In this document: positions 59,715 through 64,000 of the stretch, piece after piece
Layout: each line of letters starts with the position of its first letter
How positions within the stretch are numbered: position 1 is the first letter of the stretch
Source of the DNA: Candidatus Poribacteria bacterium
Lineage (GTDB): Bacteria; Poribacteria; WGA-4E; PCPOR2b
Assembly (NCBI GenBank): GCA_965116925.1
Contig: OZ220744.1
Span: forward strand, 1 to 64,000
Direction: 5' to 3'
DNA: 64,000 nt
The notes under the pieces: generated by a model
Seen by the model: the letters and a program-made list of their open reading frames with translations, nothing else
Databases searched by the model: none
What the model was told of the DNA's origin: nothing
Program-made: the position numbers and the translations under genes

Positions 59715-59888
59715 AGCAATTCTACTTCGCTCCAATTACGCTACAAACGCACATCAAGCATCTTTGAGCAAATTTTTCGGTCGATATAAACGAAAGTCTG
59801 CTCATCTGCACTATGTCAAATTGGCACACTCATAATTTATACTTTGTCAAGACAACACTTTCTGAGTTTCAAAGTCCGACCTAGGATC

Positions 59889-61175
<1,287 letters not shown>

Positions 61176-61257
61176 TTAAGCGACATCAAATTCAGTCGGA
61201 AAAACAGACTTACGTTTGTCCCAACAAAGGTGAGCGTTAAGATGAAATCAAACTGTT

Positions 61258-62043
61258 TTATGATGACAGCACCTGTTTTTCAAGTCGCCAGTTCAAAACT
61301 CCAAAAAGCGTTGCGGATAGAATTAGGTGATAGAGTACCATCCACACCCAAACCGGTACAATGCCAATGGCAATGTAGGTGTCAGACTTTACGATCGCAA
61401 CTAGCACACACAACGGACTCAGCACCTGCAGCAATTCTAGTAAGATAGTCGGGATACCCACCAACGGTGTCAATGCAGGCATGATAAGTGGAATCAAACT
61501 CAATAACAGCACAACGGCATAACTCCGCCCCATTGCGCGATTCGGGTGTCCCAGCAAGGTAAAACATGCGCCAATAAAAAAAAAGGCGGTAAATCCGGCG
61601 ATAAGTACCAATCCACACTGAAGGAGTTGATGAATCCCCAATCCGCCCGTGTAAACTGATACGCCAAAGAGTGGAATCGTCAACCCAATACACCATAATA
61701 ACCCTAAAACCGCTCCCATCAGTTTGCCAAGCAGAAACTTTCGATGACCGAGGGGTGTGAGATTGAGTAAGTCCCAATTCGATCTGTGTCGTTCAATCTG
61801 AAAAGATTCAACGGCTTGCAGTGGGACAACCAAGCCAAGTAAGAGGCAAAAAAAGAGTGGTATGAGGAGAGCGTAAATACTTTCGCCGACCAGAATTTGT
61901 GGTCGCCCACGGCTTAACGCGAATTGCTCAAACGCTGTGGCAAGTAGCGCGAAAGCAAGAGTGCATAGAATAATAAACTGTGTGCGGCGATACTTTGGTT
62001 GATGCGCGTAACAACGCAGCTCTTTAAGGATTAGGGGGTTCAT
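61258..62043 (-). CDS. ABC-2-type transporter permease-like membrane protein
   Basis: MNPLILKELR start, 'ER....WDLL.LTPL......GKL' motif and about six TM helices. Confidence 0.72.
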   Translation of the reverse strand: MNPLILKELRCYAHQPKYRRTQFIILCTLAFALLATAFEQFALSRGRPQILVGESIYALLIPLFFCLLLGLVVPLQAVESFQIERHRSNWDLLNLTPLGHRKFLLGKLMGAVLGLLWCIGLTIPLFGVSVYTGGLGIHQLLQCGLVLIAGFTAFFFIGACFTLLGHPNRAMGRSYAVVLLLSLIPLIMPALTPLVGIPTILLELLQVLSPLCVLVAIVKSDTYIAIGIVPVWVWMVLYHLILSATLFGVLNWRLEKQVLSS

Positions 62044-62273
62044 ATCTTTATCGCAGATTCCACGGAGTCTCGAAAGTGCTGTATCCTGGTCACGATTTGA
62101 CTGATGGCAATAATTATAACCGATTCGCATCCCATGAGCAAGGTTAAGCTGTCGGTCTGCCAAAAATGCTTGAACATTACGAGTGGATGTGTTAATCTAT
62201 TGACATATTGTTGCCTTGGCGCAACTTGTTTTCACAACGATTATGCCCAAAAATTGATAGGAGATGAACTCAG

Positions 62274-63236
62274 ATGAAAAAGTGTGTTTCTCGGACACTA
62301 CAGATGCTACCAGTGATACTTGTTCTCATCGTGGTTTTGCTCAGTCCCCTTCATGCGAATTACAACGGCGAATGCTGGGTTGTTAGCGGCGGGGATACAG
62401 TCTATAAACTTAATGCAGATGGTCTGGCGGATCCAACGATTATACCCGGCCTCACTCAGGCACAAGCTGCCGTGGTTAATCCTCAAAACGGTGTTGTTTG
62501 GATCGCTGTCTCTGCTGCGAATGCGGTTTTCCGATTTGATCCGACAACCAACGCATTCGCCCAACTTCCGCCAATAGAGCGTCCACACTCCGTCTCAGTT
62601 AACCCAACCGACGGAACCGTTTGGATTGGTGGAATTAATACGGTCCAGAAGTTTTCAGCCGACGGCAGTCAGGTGCTTGCGACGATTACTGGTGTGCACG
62701 AACCAACAGTTGCAGTCAATAGCACTGACGGTAGCTGCTGGGTCACAGATTCCCGCGGAACGATTGCTCGGTATAGTGCAGCCGGCGCAGCCGCTGCGAC
62801 CTCTCCGGTAAAACTGAAAGAACCCAAGTATGTCAGTGTCAATTCCACATCTGGCAATGCGTGGGTGACAGATCCACACGGCAATGTCATTGTCAAATTG
62901 AGCCCAAGCGGCCAAGAATTGCTGAGAGTTACCGACCTCAAACTGCCTAGCTCCCCGAGTGTCAACCAGCGGGATGGCAATCTGTGGGTTGTTGCCGACG
63001 GCAATACCCTTGTCAAATTGTCTGCGAATGGGCAAAAATTGCTGGAAGTACCTGCCGGGATGGCAGTTCTTTCTATTTGTGCCAGCTCCCAAGATGGCAG
63101 CGTTTGGGTCGCAGATCAGTTTGGATCAACCTTTCAAGGTGGTGTCAGTAAGTTTTCTGCCGATGGGCAGCAGTTGTTTGAAAATCCGATACCACAGCCC
63201 TCTTTTGTCTCCGTTGGAAATTGGGCGGGGCAATAA
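62274..63236 (+). CDS. Secreted NHL/Vgb-like beta-propeller repeat protein
   Basis: Signal peptide; repeats of P..V.VN..DG..WV.D….V.K.S..G. Confidence 0.8.
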   Translation: MKKCVSRTLQMLPVILVLIVVLLSPLHANYNGECWVVSGGDTVYKLNADGLADPTIIPGLTQAQAAVVNPQNGVVWIAVSAANAVFRFDPTTNAFAQLPPIERPHSVSVNPTDGTVWIGGINTVQKFSADGSQVLATITGVHEPTVAVNSTDGSCWVTDSRGTIARYSAAGAAAATSPVKLKEPKYVSVNSTSGNAWVTDPHGNVIVKLSPSGQELLRVTDLKLPSSPSVNQRDGNLWVVADGNTLVKLSANGQKLLEVPAGMAVLSICASSQDGSVWVADQFGSTFQGGVSKFSADGQQLFENPIPQPSFVSVGNWAGQ

Positions 63237-63367
63237 CACATGTAGGGAAAATGGGTAATAGCACTGCCTATCTGCTCACTGGCTCGTGTTTTATCCGAAA
63301 TCGTTGATTCTCTCAATTTGTTTCCTAACTAATCCCGATTTATTCGGAATAAAAAAGGGGGGTTCGT

Positions 63368-64000
63368 ATGAACAGATTTCGCTTCCTTCTTGCCCTGATG
63401 CTGTGCTTTATTGCATTTCATACGCAAGCACAACAGGCACCGCTGCCAGACTTTGAGGTGGACAGCACAAGTTTTGTGTTTTCCAACCCATCTCCGCTTG
63501 AGGGGGAGGAGATCACGATTTCTATCATTGTTAAAAACGTGGGGCAGGTCGCTCCGACCATGAATGAAGATCTTATCGTCAATCTTTACGAAGGTGCCCC
63601 GGATACAACGCCCCTACAGATTATGTGTAGAGATGTGATTTTGGGGTTGGGAGTTGGCGAATCGAAAAGCGTTAAAACGCAATGGCGACCACCGCCCGGG
63701 ACAACGGAAGTGTATGCTGTCGTTAATCCAGCGGGGGACGATAAAGAGATTCAGGAAGCCAACCGCAGCAATAACATCGCTCACACTTCGATTACTGCTA
63801 CACGACGCACGTTTCCCAAGGCAACTCCCAACCAGATCCAAAACGCAATACAAAGAGGGGTGGAGTGGGTAAGAGCCCAACAGGGTAAACATAACCGCAC
63901 CTGCTTACAGTGCGGTTCCGAGAATCAACTTATCTCAATCTGTGTCATCTGCGGCGCGACACTCAAAGGGTTGCCTGAAGATCTTATACCCGGTCCAGCG
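63368..64000 (+). CDS. Secreted CARDB-domain protein (runs off the window end)
   Basis: Translated by hand: MNRFRFLLALMLCFIAFHTQA signal, LPDFEV…ITISIIVKNVG…VYAVVNP…I.EANRSNN (CARDB), then AIQRGVEWV and CLQC…CVIC. No stop before base 64000. Confidence 0.75.
   Translation, partial: MNRFRFLLALMLCFIAFHTQAQQAPLPDFEVDSTSFVFSNPSPLEGEEITISIIVKNVGQVAPTMNEDLIVNLYEGAPDTTPLQIMCRDVILGLGVGESKSVKTQWRPPPGTTEVYAVVNPAGDDKEIQEANRSNNIAHTSITATRRTFPKATPNQIQNAIQRGVEWVRAQQGKHNRTCLQCGSENQLISICVICGATLKGLPEDLIPGPA

Noticed and set aside
59821..59850. Possible CIRCE element upstream of clpB
   Set aside because: TTGGCACAC resembles the left arm, but no GAGTGCTAA-like right arm follows at N9.

Overview
Gene-dense bacterial chromosomal window (about 56 CDS; no rRNA, tRNA, CRISPR array or intact transposase seen). 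The gene content suggests Candidatus Poribacteria or a close relative (inference only): repeated PhyH dioxygenases, Gfo/Idh/MocA oxidoreductases, mandelate-racemase enzymes, LamG, Kelch, TPR and FG-GAP proteins. Housekeeping genes (lspA, def, fmt, rpe, mtnBDC, bioF, recG, clpB, lysA) alternate with orphan catabolic clusters and envelope/secreted-protein operons. The five main leads are: (1) an open but catalytically eroded IleRS-like gene with no KMSKS motif in the ileS-lspA position; (2) a shared C-terminal V-x-P/G-x-G/E-K-x-x-x-T/L-W-G-x-I/M-K tail on four secreted proteins of different folds, a candidate sorting signal; (3) a Shine-Dalgarno separated from its start codon by a perfect 15-bp hairpin; (4) heptamer and palindromic repeats inside signal peptides and coding sequence, next to a probable ACG start; (5) a sigma-54-type promoter with candidate enhancer sites upstream of clpB.
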